A stretch of 64,000 bases of DNA from assembly GCA_965112155.1 (NCBI GenBank), contig OZ218106.1; one strand, given 5' to 3'. Made by a program: the position numbers and the translations under genes. Within the stretch, counting starts at the first letter, position 1. Each line of letters starts with the position of its first letter. Positions 63,903 to 64,000 of the stretch are shown here, one piece after another. Below the pieces are notes generated by a model that saw only the letters and a list, made by a program, of their open reading frames with translations, was not told where the DNA came from and did no database searches. The stretch comes from Podarcis liolepis. Lineage: Eukaryota.

Positions 63903-64000
63903 CAAGGGTTATCAACCTGGTCCCTACCACCCACTAGTGGGCGTTTCAGGATTCTAGGTGGGTGGTAGGGGGTTCTACGGCACAAGCCGAATCCTTCTTT
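63903..64000. mobile_element. Left end of a hAT-like element, cut by the window edge
   Basis: CAAGGGTTATCAACCTG after a ctctagag target-like site. Confidence 0.55.

Overview
Vertebrate genomic DNA, almost certainly a squamate and probably a lacertid lizard (Sauria/Squam1 SINEs, Squam3-like SINEs, CR1-tailed tRNA SINEs). It is not a prokaryotic locus: no CRISPR array, operon, rRNA or true tRNA gene is visible. The + strand carries the complete coding sequence of ARFIP1 (arfaptin-1): 8 coding exons at 5654-29886, 374 aa, all GT-AG and phase-consistent. There is also a candidate in-frame upstream coding exon at 1140-1219. Downstream are a CpG-island promoter (~43200-45350) and the first coding exon of the formin FHDC1 (58198-58671), the same ARFIP1-FHDC1 order as in mammals. 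Introns and the intergenic region are full of non-autonomous TIR elements (Tc2-like, Tigger-like, hAT, Harbinger-like), SINEs, LINE fragments (L1, L2, CR1, Penelope-like) and microsatellites. The most unusual structure is a family of Tc2-like elements that share ends but carry different cargo. One copy (9374-10577) is a CpG-rich chain of hairpins with 90-bp and 158-bp tandem arrays, nested in a decayed L1 endonuclease. I see no convincing new protein-coding system; the best leads are the hairpin-array elements, the ARFIP1 N-terminal exon with a possible alternative promoter, and the FHDC1 5'UTR. Repeat family names are from recognition, not a database search.
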